Positions 18,375-28,863 of a stretch of 64,000 bases of DNA are shown piece by piece; within the stretch, counting starts at the first letter, position 1; each line of letters starts with the position of its first letter. The position numbers and the translations under genes were made by a program. A model generated the notes under the pieces. It had not been told where the DNA came from. It saw only the letters and a program-made list of their open reading frames with translations, and made no database searches. The stretch comes from Candidatus Latescibacterota bacterium (GTDB lineage: Bacteria > Latescibacterota > UBA2968 > GCA-2709665). Location: the NCBI GenBank assembly GCA_965219455.1, contig OZ244744.1, forward strand, positions 448,001-512,000, read 5' to 3'.

Positions 18375-19667
18375 TTAGTCCAAAGGAACGGGAACCCGTT
18401 CGATCCGGGCGCCCAGCGCGCGAAGACGCTCGTCGATGCAATCGTACCCGCGATCGATTTGCTCGATGTTCCGGATCACACTTTGGCCTTCGGCGCACAG
18501 GCTAGCGATCAGCAACGCCATCCCGGCCCTGATATCGGGACTCGTAATCCGCTCCCCGTACAGTTTCGACGGCCCCACGATAACCGCCCTGTGAGGGTCG
18601 CAAAGGATAATCTCGGCCCCCATCTCGATCAACCGATCCAGCCAGAAAAGGCGGCTCTCATACATCTTCTCAAAAAACAGGACGGTTCCCCGCGCCTGCG
18701 TGGCCACCACAAGCGCGATGCTCATCAGATCCGCGGGAAATCCGGGCCAGGGATCGTCAAAAATCTTTGGAATCGCGTCTCCGACGTCCCGGACGATCTC
18801 CAGTTTCTGATGGTCGGGAACCAGAATATCGTCTCCGTGAACCACCACCTCCACCCCCAACCGTTCAAAAACCATCAGGCTCCGACGCATATGATGCGGT
18901 GCGGCGTCTCTGATCCGTATCTCCCCGTTGGTTACCGCCGCCAGGCCGATGAAACTCCCAACTTCCATATAGTCGGGACCGATGGTATGTTCGCCGGCGT
19001 GAAGCGTCTTTACCCCTTCAATGGTCAGTTCATTCGTGCCCACGCCTGAAATCCGGGCGCCCATGGCGTTCAGCAGATGACACAACTCCTGTACGTGCGG
19101 TTCGCAGGCGGCGTTCCGGATGACGGTTGCACCCTTGGCCAGAGTGGATGCCATGATCACGTTTTCCGTGCCGGTCACGCTCCGCTCATCCAGAAAAATG
19201 TCGGCGCCCGTCAATCCGTCCGGCGCCCACATTTCATAGACATGGTTGGTCTGGATGCGGGCGCCCAGCGCTTCCAGAGCGCGGAGATGTGTATCCAGGC
19301 GCCGGCGGCCGATTTTGTCTCCTCCGGGCCGTGGCGTTGTCGCACGGCCGTGTCGCGCCAGAAGCGGTCCGGCGAGCAGAATACTTCCGCGGGCTTTTCC
19401 GCACAAATCAGGATTCAGAGCGGTCTTGCTCAGGGAAGCCGCGCACGAGGTCAGTTCGGCCCGGCCCGTATGCTGAACCGAGACGCCCAGATCGCGCAAG
19501 AGCTTGATGAGGGTAATTACATCTCCGATGGGCGGCGCATTCTTCAACACCACCGTCTCGTCAGTCAATAGCGTTGCCGCAAGGAGCGTGAGCGCGGCAT
19601 TCTTGTTTCCGAAAGGCGTGACGGTCCCGGAAAGTGGAAATCCACCTTCGATTACGAACTGTTCCAT
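18375..19667 (-). CDS. murA: UDP-N-acetylglucosamine 1-carboxyvinyltransferase
   Basis: [27 protein letters not shown] (Asp in place of the usual Cys), [15 protein letters not shown] and PDIRAG. Confidence 0.95.
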   Translation of the reverse strand: MEQFVIEGGFPLSGTVTPFGNKNAALTLLAATLLTDETVVLKNAPPIGDVITLIKLLRDLGVSVQHTGRAELTSCAASLSKTALNPDLCGKARGSILLAGPLLARHGRATTPRPGGDKIGRRRLDTHLRALEALGARIQTNHVYEMWAPDGLTGADIFLDERSVTGTENVIMASTLAKGATVIRNAACEPHVQELCHLLNAMGARISGVGTNELTIEGVKTLHAGEHTIGPDYMEVGSFIGLAAVTNGEIRIRDAAPHHMRRSLMVFERLGVEVVVHGDDILVPDHQKLEIVRDVGDAIPKIFDDPWPGFPADLMSIALVVATQARGTVLFFEKMYESRLFWLDRLIEMGAEIILCDPHRAVIVGPSKLYGERITSPDIRAGMALLIASLCAEGQSVIRNIEQIDRGYDCIDERLRALGARIERVPVPLD

Positions 19668-19832
19668 AAGAACACACGCTCCGGCGACTCTCGAACAGGA
19701 GGACGGAGATTATATGTATATCGTGGTAAGTTACAATATATCATATCTTTACAGAAAACTCAAGGGAAATGTGCGCCGTGACGCGGCGGGTCGACGACGA
19801 CGGAATGAGCCGACCGCCGCGCGTAGGGCCAA

Positions 19833-20915
19833 TCAGACATCGGAAGCGGTCACGGCAGCCTCGGGGTGGATATAGAGTTGCCCGCAGCCGGCCGCGATAT
19901 CCACTCCCTTGCTGTAACGCACCGTCGTTGTCAGATGCGCATTCTTGAGGATCTGTACAAACCGATCTACGGCGTCCTGCGGCGGCCGTTCAAATGGTGC
20001 GTCTTCGATCGGATTCCATGGAATGACGTTGATTTTGCACGGTATGCCCCGGACCAGCGCAACCAGACGTCTGGCGTCCTCGATCGAATCGTTGAAACCG
20101 TGCAGAAGCACATATTCGAACGTCACCCGCCGGTCAATCCGCTGCCGATACGCCCTGACGGCGGCAAGAAGCTCGGCAATCGGCCAACGCCTGTTGATCG
20201 ACATAATTCTCGAACGCTGTACATCGTCTGTCGCATTCAGAGAAACCGCCAGACCGACCTTCAATCCCTCCCTGGCCAACTTCAATATGCCGGGCACATA
20301 GCCGACTGTCGAAAGCGTGATCCTGCGGATTCCTATGGCCAGCCCGTAATCCAGGTTCATCAGTCGGATCGCGCGAATGACATTATCGTAATTCAACAGC
20401 GGCTCCCCCATACCCATCATCACCACGTTGGTCAGGTCGTCGTCGCGCGCGCTCAGTTCACGGCGGACGTAAACCAGTTGATCCAGAATTTCGCCGGCGG
20501 TCAGGTTGCGGAGCAGCCCCATCCGGCCGGTCGCGCAAAACGTACAATCCAGCGGACATCCCACCTGCGACGAAACGCACAGCGTACGACGCCTGCCGTC
20601 GCGCATCAGGACGCTTTCGACGCGCTTGCCGTCCGGAAGTTCAAACAGGTACTTCACCGTGTCGCCGGCATCCGCGCCCGCCCTTGCCGCCACCTTCAGA
20701 CTCAAAATCGACGCACGCTTCCTCAGCGTTGCGCGAACCGCCTTAGTGAGGTCGGTCATCTCAGCGAAGTCGGTTGTGCCGCGATTGTAGATCCACGCCG
20801 CGATCTGCCTGGCGCGATAGGGCTCCAACCCGAGGGAAGCCACAAATGCCTCGAGTTCCTCGGGAAAGAATCCTTTCAGATCAACTCGGTCGCTTGTCTC
20901 CAAAGGGCCCGCCAT
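19833..20915 (-). CDS. rlmN: 23S rRNA/tRNA m2A radical SAM methyltransferase
   Basis: CVSSQVGCPLDCTFCATG, MGMGEPL.N, TFEYVL and DIAAGCGQL. Confidence 0.95.
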   Translation of the reverse strand: MAGPLETSDRVDLKGFFPEELEAFVASLGLEPYRARQIAAWIYNRGTTDFAEMTDLTKAVRATLRKRASILSLKVAARAGADAGDTVKYLFELPDGKRVESVLMRDGRRRTLCVSSQVGCPLDCTFCATGRMGLLRNLTAGEILDQLVYVRRELSARDDDLTNVVMMGMGEPLLNYDNVIRAIRLMNLDYGLAIGIRRITLSTVGYVPGILKLAREGLKVGLAVSLNATDDVQRSRIMSINRRWPIAELLAAVRAYRQRIDRRVTFEYVLLHGFNDSIEDARRLVALVRGIPCKINVIPWNPIEDAPFERPPQDAVDRFVQILKNAHLTTTVRYSKGVDIAAGCGQLYIHPEAAVTASDV

Positions 20916-20990
20916 GTGTCCATCTCCTTGTTTTCACCGTACGTGTATGAGATTAACGATGCGGCGCTCCGGACGCAAGGAAAATATGGG

Positions 20991-21019
20991 TTGACAGAAA
21001 GTACGTTTTGCCCTATCTT
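20991..21019 (+). promoter_or_regulatory. Sigma70 promoter for the M23 peptidase gene
   Basis: TTGACA-N17-TATCTT. Confidence 0.6.
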
Positions 21020-21131
21020 GCAAAATTCGTTCTGCCCTCATAACAATAAGTTACGTTCATTTTTCCGCTTGTTTCCGTTGGGTCTTCTCAAAGTCCCCAG
21101 ACCCCTTCCGGCATTCCAAGCAACTAAAAAT

Positions 21132-22499
21132 ATGCCTATTCGTAAACGTGATCACACGAACCGGCCTCCACGATCCGGTCGCCGGTTCAGGCTGACAAAG
21201 TTTGCTCTCATCGTCTTTGTCGTAACCGCCGCTGTACCGATCTGGCTGGCGGCCACCCGGCCGCCTGAACCCGAAACCGTTCAAAATCCCGAAGTCGTAC
21301 AGGAAGCGCCCCCGGTTCCAGCCCCTCTTCCGTCCAGTCCTGAACCGCAATTCTCGGAAGTCGAAGGGCACATCCGACACAGAGAAACATTCTGGGACGC
21401 ATTGAACCGGGAAGACGTCGCGCGATCCCAGATTTACGAACTGCTGGTCGCCTTCAAGAAAGGGATCCCCCGGGCGGAATTCAACCCCGGAATCGTCCAG
21501 AGCGGAGACCGCTACGAACTCGGCATAGACAGCCTGGGAGCCATACAGTCCTTTGAATTTATCAAGAGAGGAGCCATCGAGACCGGTTTTGTCGTAACGA
21601 GGAAGAACGGCAGGCTTACCGCGCGCAAAGAGCAGATACCTCTGGAGCGCCGGATCGCCCTCGTAACGGGTGAAATCCGCAACACCCTTTGGAACGCCCT
21701 GTTTGAAGCCGGTGAAGTCCCTGCCGTGCTGAGTGGCGAAATGGCCGCAATTTTTGAATACGACATCGACTTCATGGTCGATTGCCGCGTCGGCGACCGG
21801 TTTACCCTTGCACTGGAGAAATTATATAAAGACGGCCGGTTCCTGCGATATGGAGATATCCTTTCAGCCGAATACCAGGCGGCCCGAAAAAACCATCAGG
21901 CCTTTCTGTTCGAATCCGCGGACGGCCTTGTGGGCTATTACGATTCGAACGGCAAGTCGCTACGCGGCCTGTTTCTGAAATCTCCGCTCAAATACCGGCG
22001 AATCAGTTCCGGTTTTTCCAACCGCCGGTTCCACCCTATCCTTAAGAAGTACATCCCCCACCACGGCATCGACTACGCCGCCGGGTACGGCACACCCGTG
22101 TGGGCAACCGCCCCGGGTACCGTTGTTTTCAAGGGCCGGAAAGGCGCTCTCGGGAACTACATCGAAATTCGGCACCGAAACGGCCACAAGACCGGCTACG
22201 GCCACCTCAGCAAGTTCGGGCGCGGTCTGAAGAAGGGCTCGTACGTCAAACAAAAGCAGGTCGTCGGTTTTGTCGGCGCGACCGGTCGCGCCACCGGACC
22301 ACACCTTCATTACAACTTCTTTGTCAGAAACGGCAAGGGTTATCGCCTTCGAAACCCTGCCAGATTGGCCAATCGCTCCAAGGCCAGACCGCTATCCCCG
22401 GATCTACTGGCCAGCTTCAGGCAACAACGCGACCGCCTGCTGGCGCTGTTCGACGACCCGAAGGCGTCGGTTGTGACCAACCTGCAGGCCCCACCGTAA
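21132..22499 (+). CDS. M23 family peptidoglycan DD-endopeptidase (MepM-like)
   Basis: N-terminal transmembrane anchor; RISSGF..RRFHPIL, HHGIDYAA..GTP, YGHLS and TGPHLHY. The upstream part of ORF 19866..22499 is antisense to rlmN. Confidence 0.9.
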   Translation: MPIRKRDHTNRPPRSGRRFRLTKFALIVFVVTAAVPIWLAATRPPEPETVQNPEVVQEAPPVPAPLPSSPEPQFSEVEGHIRHRETFWDALNREDVARSQIYELLVAFKKGIPRAEFNPGIVQSGDRYELGIDSLGAIQSFEFIKRGAIETGFVVTRKNGRLTARKEQIPLERRIALVTGEIRNTLWNALFEAGEVPAVLSGEMAAIFEYDIDFMVDCRVGDRFTLALEKLYKDGRFLRYGDILSAEYQAARKNHQAFLFESADGLVGYYDSNGKSLRGLFLKSPLKYRRISSGFSNRRFHPILKKYIPHHGIDYAAGYGTPVWATAPGTVVFKGRKGALGNYIEIRHRNGHKTGYGHLSKFGRGLKKGSYVKQKQVVGFVGATGRATGPHLHYNFFVRNGKGYRLRNPARLANRSKARPLSPDLLASFRQQRDRLLALFDDPKASVVTNLQAPP

Positions 22500-22728
22500 A
22501 TCTCCACACACCCACCCGCGTCGCAGAATAGCCGACCCGCAGGCAAGATGAACTCACGTGCGAAGCGCCCGGTAAAGACGACCCTGCTCTCGACGACCGC
22601 GGCGGCGATAGAACCCCGATTCCATTAGATCGAGTTCCCTAAGTACAATCCGAAAAAGAGCCCGTGTGAGGCAATTGTCGGGTTTCGCCTGCACCGGGCG
22701 GGTTGCAGGCCCAGATGAAGGTGACATC

Positions 22729-23889
22729 TTGAGAATTGCGTACTTCGACTGCCATGCCGGCATAAGCGGCGACATGATTCTTGGCGCACTCGTGGATGCG
22801 GGCCTGTGTATTGAGACGTTACAGAGGGAACTCGACAAACTCCACCTGGAGGGAGTCCGACTTCGGACCGGAAGGGTTCACAGGCACGGCATCGCCGCGA
22901 CGAAAGTCGATGTCGTCGCCGACGAGGGGCATGTACATCGCCGACTGAGGGACGTGCTGGAAATCATCGAGACTGCGGACATCACGATCGGAACCAAACG
23001 GCAGACCGGCGCCATATTCCGGCGTCTCGCCGAAGCCGAAGCCGAAGTTCACGGCGTTTCAGTCGACCGCGTCCATTTTCACGAAGTGGGTGCGGCAGAC
23101 GCCATTGCAGATATCGCCGGCGCCGTCATCGGCCTGGAACAGCTCGGCGTCGAACGCGTCTACGCCTCACCCCTTCGATTCGGTCGCGGAACAACCCGAA
23201 GTTGCCATGGCGTACTGCCGATTCCCGTTCCCGCGGTGCTCGCCCTTTGCAGAGATGTGCCGGCCGAACGCACCGACATTCCGTTTGAACTGATCACACC
23301 TACCGGCGCGGCGATTCTGACCACGCTGGCAGAACAAATCGGCGCCAGTCCTCCCTTTCGAACCCGTCAGATCGGCTATGGGGCGGGCAGTCGCGACATC
23401 GATCAGGTACCGAACCTGCTCCGACTGGAAATTGGTGAATCCGAGTCCTCCCTGCAGGCAGACGCGGTCATCCTCATAGAAACCAACATTGACGATATGA
23501 CACCTGAAATCTACGGCTACCTGATCGACCGCCTGCTCGAGAATGGCGCCAGAGACGCGTATCTCACGCCCCTCATTATGAAAAAGGGACGGCCGGGGGT
23601 GATGCTCAGCGTGCTCGTCGATCCGGCCCATACACCTTCAGTCACGGATCTGATCTTCCGCGAAACCACGACGCTTGGCGTCCGTCTGCGCCGCGTCGAG
23701 CGGCAGACCGTCTCCCGGCGGACAGAAGTCGTTGAAACCGCATTCGGCCCCGTAACCGTTAAAATTGCCAATTACGACGGCAGGGCGCGAATTGCGCCCG
23801 AATATGAAGACTGCGCCCGAATCGCACGGGAAAAGGACATTCCGATACTGGACGTGTACCGCGCCGCTTCAGACGCCGCAGAACGCTGA
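22729..23889 (+). CDS. larC: Nickel pincer cofactor biosynthesis protein LarC
   Basis: AYFDC.AGISGDM.LGALVD, VHFHEVGA.D, ETNIDD, MKKGRPG, ETTTLGVR and PEYEDC. Confidence 0.92.
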   Translation: MRIAYFDCHAGISGDMILGALVDAGLCIETLQRELDKLHLEGVRLRTGRVHRHGIAATKVDVVADEGHVHRRLRDVLEIIETADITIGTKRQTGAIFRRLAEAEAEVHGVSVDRVHFHEVGAADAIADIAGAVIGLEQLGVERVYASPLRFGRGTTRSCHGVLPIPVPAVLALCRDVPAERTDIPFELITPTGAAILTTLAEQIGASPPFRTRQIGYGAGSRDIDQVPNLLRLEIGESESSLQADAVILIETNIDDMTPEIYGYLIDRLLENGARDAYLTPLIMKKGRPGVMLSVLVDPAHTPSVTDLIFRETTTLGVRLRRVERQTVSRRTEVVETAFGPVTVKIANYDGRARIAPEYEDCARIAREKDIPILDVYRAASDAAER

Positions 23890-23901
23890 ACGCTCAGGCG
23901 C

Positions 23902-26592
23902 TTACCCGTGCAACCACACGAACGCCGACGTCCGGATGCGACAGGTCACCGGCCCCGAAGCGGCACGCAACGGAAAGTACAGGTGGCGCATCGTACCGTT
24001 CGAAATTGAGAATCCCGGATCTTCCGTTGTCGCCAGGATGAGTCCTCGTGCATCTCGGATAACACGTTCCACGGCGCATCCCATCGTCAGGCCGTCCCCG
24101 AATCGTACGATTGCCATCGCCTTCTCGACATCGGCGTCCTCGCGGATATCGCCGGTCACCCGCAAGCCGTCAACCGGGTCTCCGTCCGCCTTTCTGAGAA
24201 CACCGGCCACCTCCAGATCATAGACCCCCTTGCCCCGAATCACCTCCTCTTCCCATCTCAACTCATCTCCGCCCCACAACCCCATGCACGTGGGGGCGCC
24301 GTCCCGTTCCCGTACAAACCCGAACTCGCCATTCAGGCTGAGTTTCCCAATGACCAGCGGCTCCTTGCGCCATACCGTGCGATGCACAATATGATCCACG
24401 TATCCTCCATGTCTCACCTCCAGCGCAACAGACCAATCGTCCGTGTATACCTGCCGGATCGACTCGATGAACGGAGATCCGCTGAAGGGCTCGTGGATCG
24501 CGGCAAACACGCTCGAAAGGGGCGCGCGTCCGCGGCGGCGTGCGACAAAAACGGGCATCCTGAACCGATCCAATTCGGCATCGTTTTCATTGGTTCGGCG
24601 CACTGACGGTGCGTCACCCAGGAAAATCTCCGCTTCCGAAAGTCCCGGCAGGTGACACCGCAGCCCGGCTTGCACTCCCTCCAGGCCGAATCGTACCGAC
24701 AATCCGTTGTCAACGCGACCGCGAAATACGTTCTGAATAAATCCGTAGCCCACAGACCGACCCCCGGCATCGCCGGCGTCCCCCCCATATTCGGGCATCC
24801 GCACGTTGACGCCCGGCAGCAGATTCGGTCCGAAAGGCCTTACGGGCACATCCGTTTCCGCCCATCCGTCCCGGTCCGCGCTTCCGTGCAACGTCCAGTC
24901 GTGCTGGGTACCTCCGCGCACATGGAAAATATCCACCGAATACACATGCCCATCACCCGCGTCGGCCAGCATGACCATTCGTCGGTATTCCCGCGCCAAT
25001 CCCGGGTATGCGCGTTCTCCTCCGGCTTCCAACCACTGCACGGGTTGATGTTCCGTCTCAAAAGCCAGCAACCGGCCGCGAGACGGCCCCCGATTGCCTC
25101 CCGTATACTGTTCCTGTTCATCGATCACCACCGTGTTGTGCGCCAACGTGCTGACGTTCCAGGACCTGTACCGCGAATGGGTGTATCCCAGGTCCGGCAA
25201 CAGTTCCTCGCCATTGGCGAAGAACATCAGATTCAACATGTCGGCGTGGTCATGTCCGTGGCCGCCTTCTGAGAAATGAAGGTGTACCTGCGTCTGGCGC
25301 CGCCCCACCCCACTCCCGAGCCACGCATGCCCCATTCCGCCAAACAAGGTCGGACACGAGCGCTCTGACGGCTTCAAGTCCTCATACCGCGCCCAGGTAT
25401 CGTGCACCGGTATCAGCCGTCCATCGGGGTACCTGAAAGCCTCGAGAACACGATCACAACGTGCCACCTCCGTAAACTCCGGAAGCGGATCCAGATTGAC
25501 GAATCGCCTGCCGTCTTCGGGATCCACATATCCCGGAGGATCGGAATATCCAGCCAGGGCGTCCAGGACACGCCGAAGGCCCGTCAACGTATAGCGGTGA
25601 TATGCGGGGCTGCCCTGGCACCAGAAACCATCCGCGGAGAAACGCCGGAACAGGCCGTGCGCGCACTGCACAGCCAGGTGTACCAGCGCGGGATCTCCCA
25701 TCACGCGGCCGGCAACCGCATATCCCTCGTAGGTCTCTGGACTGGCGTTGGTATAAAGGAGACCATGGAAGGCGTCCTGCCGAATTCCACCCCTGAAAAA
25801 CCCGTCCTCTATGCGGCGACTGACATCCTCACCCCGTTCTTCTGAAAGCCGCTCCAGTTCGCCGCTATCCCGAATCGAATCGTACGCGTAAATCATCTCC
25901 GTAGGGATCTCGGCGTAGCGCCACTCTCCCCACTTCCCGCCCCTGCGGGGAAAGGGTGGGTACATACACACCCGCTTTGCCGAATTCGCCACGTCCGTCC
26001 AGACGAGAAAACCCGGATAATTCCGCGCAATTGTGTCCAGAATCAACGCAGACCGCCGGGCATATTGCCGCTGATCGGTCGCCCGGTACAATCGACCGAG
26101 ATCCCTCGCACGATCGGCAAGATAGAAGCGTGCGCACCACCAGGCCCTGGCGCGGAAGAAGTATCTTCTTCCCGACGGATCTTCGTAAAAAGGGTATTCG
26201 ACCTCGATCCCCAGCGGATTCAATATGCGCATGGTCCGATTCTCGGCAAATTCACCTCCGGGAAAAACCGTTGCGCAGTGCCGGCAACGGACTCGTAGCG
26301 GGTCCTCGACTGACCAGTCGAGTTGCCGTTCTCTGACTCCCTCACCACAACAGGCGCAGGCCACGTACCTGAACCCGGTACGATCCGGCACCAGGGCAAC
26401 CAGCTCGTCCTCGGACATTGCCATCAACGGCGAGACGGCCCGCTGTAGCTTCTCCAGGGATTCGGCCGACGGCGAGACTTGGTAGACCGGGTGCGGGACT
26501 CCGGCGGCCGTGCACCTGCCTGGCCAGAGCCAGCACAGGACGAGAAGGCTGAACAACACACCCAATCCATCCATTGCCCTATCCGATCGCAA
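23902..26592 (-). CDS. Secreted heparinase II/III-like polysaccharide lyase
   Basis: Signal peptide; DGFW.QGSPAYH, GHGHDHADML, PDLGY and STLAHNTVVID. Confidence 0.8.
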   Translation of the reverse strand: MRSDRAMDGLGVLFSLLVLCWLWPGRCTAAGVPHPVYQVSPSAESLEKLQRAVSPLMAMSEDELVALVPDRTGFRYVACACCGEGVRERQLDWSVEDPLRVRCRHCATVFPGGEFAENRTMRILNPLGIEVEYPFYEDPSGRRYFFRARAWWCARFYLADRARDLGRLYRATDQRQYARRSALILDTIARNYPGFLVWTDVANSAKRVCMYPPFPRRGGKWGEWRYAEIPTEMIYAYDSIRDSGELERLSEERGEDVSRRIEDGFFRGGIRQDAFHGLLYTNASPETYEGYAVAGRVMGDPALVHLAVQCAHGLFRRFSADGFWCQGSPAYHRYTLTGLRRVLDALAGYSDPPGYVDPEDGRRFVNLDPLPEFTEVARCDRVLEAFRYPDGRLIPVHDTWARYEDLKPSERSCPTLFGGMGHAWLGSGVGRRQTQVHLHFSEGGHGHDHADMLNLMFFANGEELLPDLGYTHSRYRSWNVSTLAHNTVVIDEQEQYTGGNRGPSRGRLLAFETEHQPVQWLEAGGERAYPGLAREYRRMVMLADAGDGHVYSVDIFHVRGGTQHDWTLHGSADRDGWAETDVPVRPFGPNLLPGVNVRMPEYGGDAGDAGGRSVGYGFIQNVFRGRVDNGLSVRFGLEGVQAGLRCHLPGLSEAEIFLGDAPSVRRTNENDAELDRFRMPVFVARRRGRAPLSSVFAAIHEPFSGSPFIESIRQVYTDDWSVALEVRHGGYVDHIVHRTVWRKEPLVIGKLSLNGEFGFVRERDGAPTCMGLWGGDELRWEEEVIRGKGVYDLEVAGVLRKADGDPVDGLRVTGDIREDADVEKAMAIVRFGDGLTMGCAVERVIRDARGLILATTEDPGFSISNGTMRHLYFPLRAASGPVTCRIRTSAFVWLHG

Positions 26593-26756
26593 TGATTATC
26601 TTTGCCTGACTATCGCAGGGAGGGACGTCGCACGGCGATTCGGGCCCGAAGATGAATCGTTTCGCCCGGACATTGTCCGTCCTGAAATACCACGTTTCCA
26701 AACCTTGACACGACCCTTGCGGGATTGCGGCGGCCGTTGGAAAAAGGAGAACCGCG

Positions 26757-27629
26757 ATGCAAGTCGACGTACGAATCGACCCGAACGAAGAAATCGGTTT
26801 CATGAACGTGGACGAAACCGACTTCAAGAGCTCCACGCCGTCCGAGCGAATCCGCCACCTCGAAGTCGAGGGATTCGTCGTTCTTCCGGATGTGCTCGAT
26901 GCGGAATTCATGGATCGCATCAAGCACGAAATGGCCGACGCGCCGATGCAGACGAAAGACTACAGCGCCGCACAGACCTACTGTCTGGAGCCTCAGTGGC
27001 GCAGCCGAGCCGTGGCCGAACTGATCGCGCACCCGCCAATGATCGAGTTCCTGGAGACACTGCTTGGCGAGGACATTGTGTTCACCCGAGGACTCTTCAC
27101 CCGGACGCTCTCGGGTTCGCCACCCATTTCGTTACACACCGATGGACAACCGTTCGGGTCATCCATCTTCGGATACGAAGGCAGTTCTCCGCGTCTGCTC
27201 CGCGTCCTGTATTACCTTGACGACCTGACCCCGGACCGGGCGCCCTTCCGGCTCGTCCCTCGCTCCCACCTGTCGTTTCACGCCGAAGCGAACCCCTACG
27301 TACGTTACAAATATCACCCCGGCGAGGTCACCCTTTGCGTGAGGGCCGGTACGGCGCTCGTGATCCCCATCAATTTGTTCCATGGCACCCATCCAAACAG
27401 AACCGGCTCCCAGCGCTCGCTGGTTCAACTGGGGTACCGCCCGGCGTGGGCGGGCCCCATTCAACCGATGCCGGAGTGGGACCCGGAACTCGTGGCTGCG
27501 GCCCCGGCCGAAACGAGGCGATTTCTGCAAAGCCCCAACACAACCGGTCTGGACTGGAACCAGCCGCACAAACCCATGGGCATGAAAAACGACGCGTGCG
27601 CTATTGATCCGGGGCGATGGGAGCGCTGA
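26757..27629 (+). CDS. Phytanoyl-CoA dioxygenase (PhyH) family Fe(II)/2OG oxygenase
   Basis: GFVVLPDVL, LHTD, YYLDDL, VPRSH and FHG..PN; AAGGAG ribosome-binding site. Confidence 0.85.
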   Translation: MQVDVRIDPNEEIGFMNVDETDFKSSTPSERIRHLEVEGFVVLPDVLDAEFMDRIKHEMADAPMQTKDYSAAQTYCLEPQWRSRAVAELIAHPPMIEFLETLLGEDIVFTRGLFTRTLSGSPPISLHTDGQPFGSSIFGYEGSSPRLLRVLYYLDDLTPDRAPFRLVPRSHLSFHAEANPYVRYKYHPGEVTLCVRAGTALVIPINLFHGTHPNRTGSQRSLVQLGYRPAWAGPIQPMPEWDPELVAAAPAETRRFLQSPNTTGLDWNQPHKPMGMKNDACAIDPGRWER

Positions 27630-27686
27630 TCGCGGCCGTCTGCCAAGACACAGGTGAGGTCGAAATCCGAAAATAATACTCAGACG

Positions 27687-27721
27687 AAAAAAGCCCGGCG
27701 AGCGTGTTTGGCCGGGCTTTT
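27687..27721. terminator. Bidirectional rho-independent terminator
   Basis: AAAAAAGCCCGGC...GCCGGGCTTTT between convergent PhyH genes. Confidence 0.75.
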
Positions 27722-27811
27722 ACGTTTTTCCCGCGGGGACACGATCAGCGAAAAAAAGCCATCCGGATCCATAAGGGGATTCCATGGATCCGGTTCGGTG
27801 CAAATCTTCGA

Positions 27812-28627
27812 TTATCTCCTGTTTCGCAGGTACCAGACTTCCCTGAAAAACTGCTGGCGCGCTCCGGACATGGCCCCGATCACATCGGGATTCATACAGG
27901 GCTTGGGTTCGTGAAACCGGACCGTCACGTGGTTGTACGCGATGAGAATGGCGCGGCGGGGATTGTCGGGGTTTGTCCACGTCGATCCGGTATGCCGTAC
28001 CCCCTCCGAAAACATGATGAGACTCCCCGGAGGACATCCGTAGGTCTCCCAGACACCGGAGTCGGGATCATCGGCCTGCTCCGGCCACGTTCCATCCTGC
28101 GCTGAAAACAAATTCGCTTTATGCGAGCCCGGCACCAGACACGTGCCGCCCTGCCCCTTTCTGACTTCGTTCAGTTCCCAGACGATGCGTGTCATGCCGC
28201 TGTAAATCCTGCCGTTGTGAAAACGGTAGGACAGGGACGGATCGAGATTCGTCCCGCCCACGTGGGGCCGCCATTGATTCTGGGTCGTCTCGGCCGATCT
28301 ACCGGAGACAAACACGCTTTCGAGGCGAATGCGATCCCGTTCCGGGTGAATCACCTCCTGCAGAAGACCCATGACTCTCGGATGATCGATAAGGAATTCC
28401 GCGGGCCCGGCGATGGGCGCACGGTGGTGTGCGGGCAGACTCTCCTGGTTTCTCAATAGTATTTCCAGGTGCTCCCGCACCGTTTGAACTTCGTCGTTCG
28501 TGAGCACAGCTGGAATAACGAGAAAACCCTTCAGATCGAAGAGGAACTTCTCGTACTCCGACATCGGGTGGATCTGCGCGGGGTGGTCGTGTAACTGGAC
28601 ATCTGTGTCTTCATTTGTCGTCTTCAT
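27812..28627 (-). CDS. PhyH family Fe(II)/2OG enzyme with HxG instead of HxD
   Basis: FLFDLKGFLVIP.VL, RPHVGG, GGT.LVPGSHK and FSE.VRH; AAGGAG ribosome-binding site before ATG 28627. Confidence 0.8.
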   Translation of the reverse strand: MKTTNEDTDVQLHDHPAQIHPMSEYEKFLFDLKGFLVIPAVLTNDEVQTVREHLEILLRNQESLPAHHRAPIAGPAEFLIDHPRVMGLLQEVIHPERDRIRLESVFVSGRSAETTQNQWRPHVGGTNLDPSLSYRFHNGRIYSGMTRIVWELNEVRKGQGGTCLVPGSHKANLFSAQDGTWPEQADDPDSGVWETYGCPPGSLIMFSEGVRHTGSTWTNPDNPRRAILIAYNHVTVRFHEPKPCMNPDVIGAMSGARQQFFREVWYLRNRR

Positions 28628-28863
28628 CGCAGGCGCTCCTTGTAAATCGGGCGGGGTGCCGCCGTGAATACTGACGTCGACAACCGGGGACTTCACAAGC
28701 GAACGGTCAGTCATTCGATCGCGATCTTTTCGCTTGCATGTACGAACAGTACCTCGTTCGCGCCGTCGTAGCGCCGGAGCGCTCGCTCCACCTCATCCGA
28801 TTCGACTTCGTTCAGGTCCAAGCCGGCGATCACCAGATCGGCCTCGGACGATCGTCGGACAGG

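Noticed and set aside
18375-19667. MurA Cys-to-Asp active-site variant
   Set aside because: A known natural variant linked to intrinsic fosfomycin resistance; not novel.
19866-21131. 877-aa ORF suggesting a very long N-terminus on the M23 peptidase
   Set aside because: The upstream part is the antisense shadow of rlmN and spans a promoter at 20991; the real start is about 21132.
22729-23889. Isolated larC as a novel system
   Set aside because: lar genes are often dispersed; larA, larB and larE may lie elsewhere in the genome.
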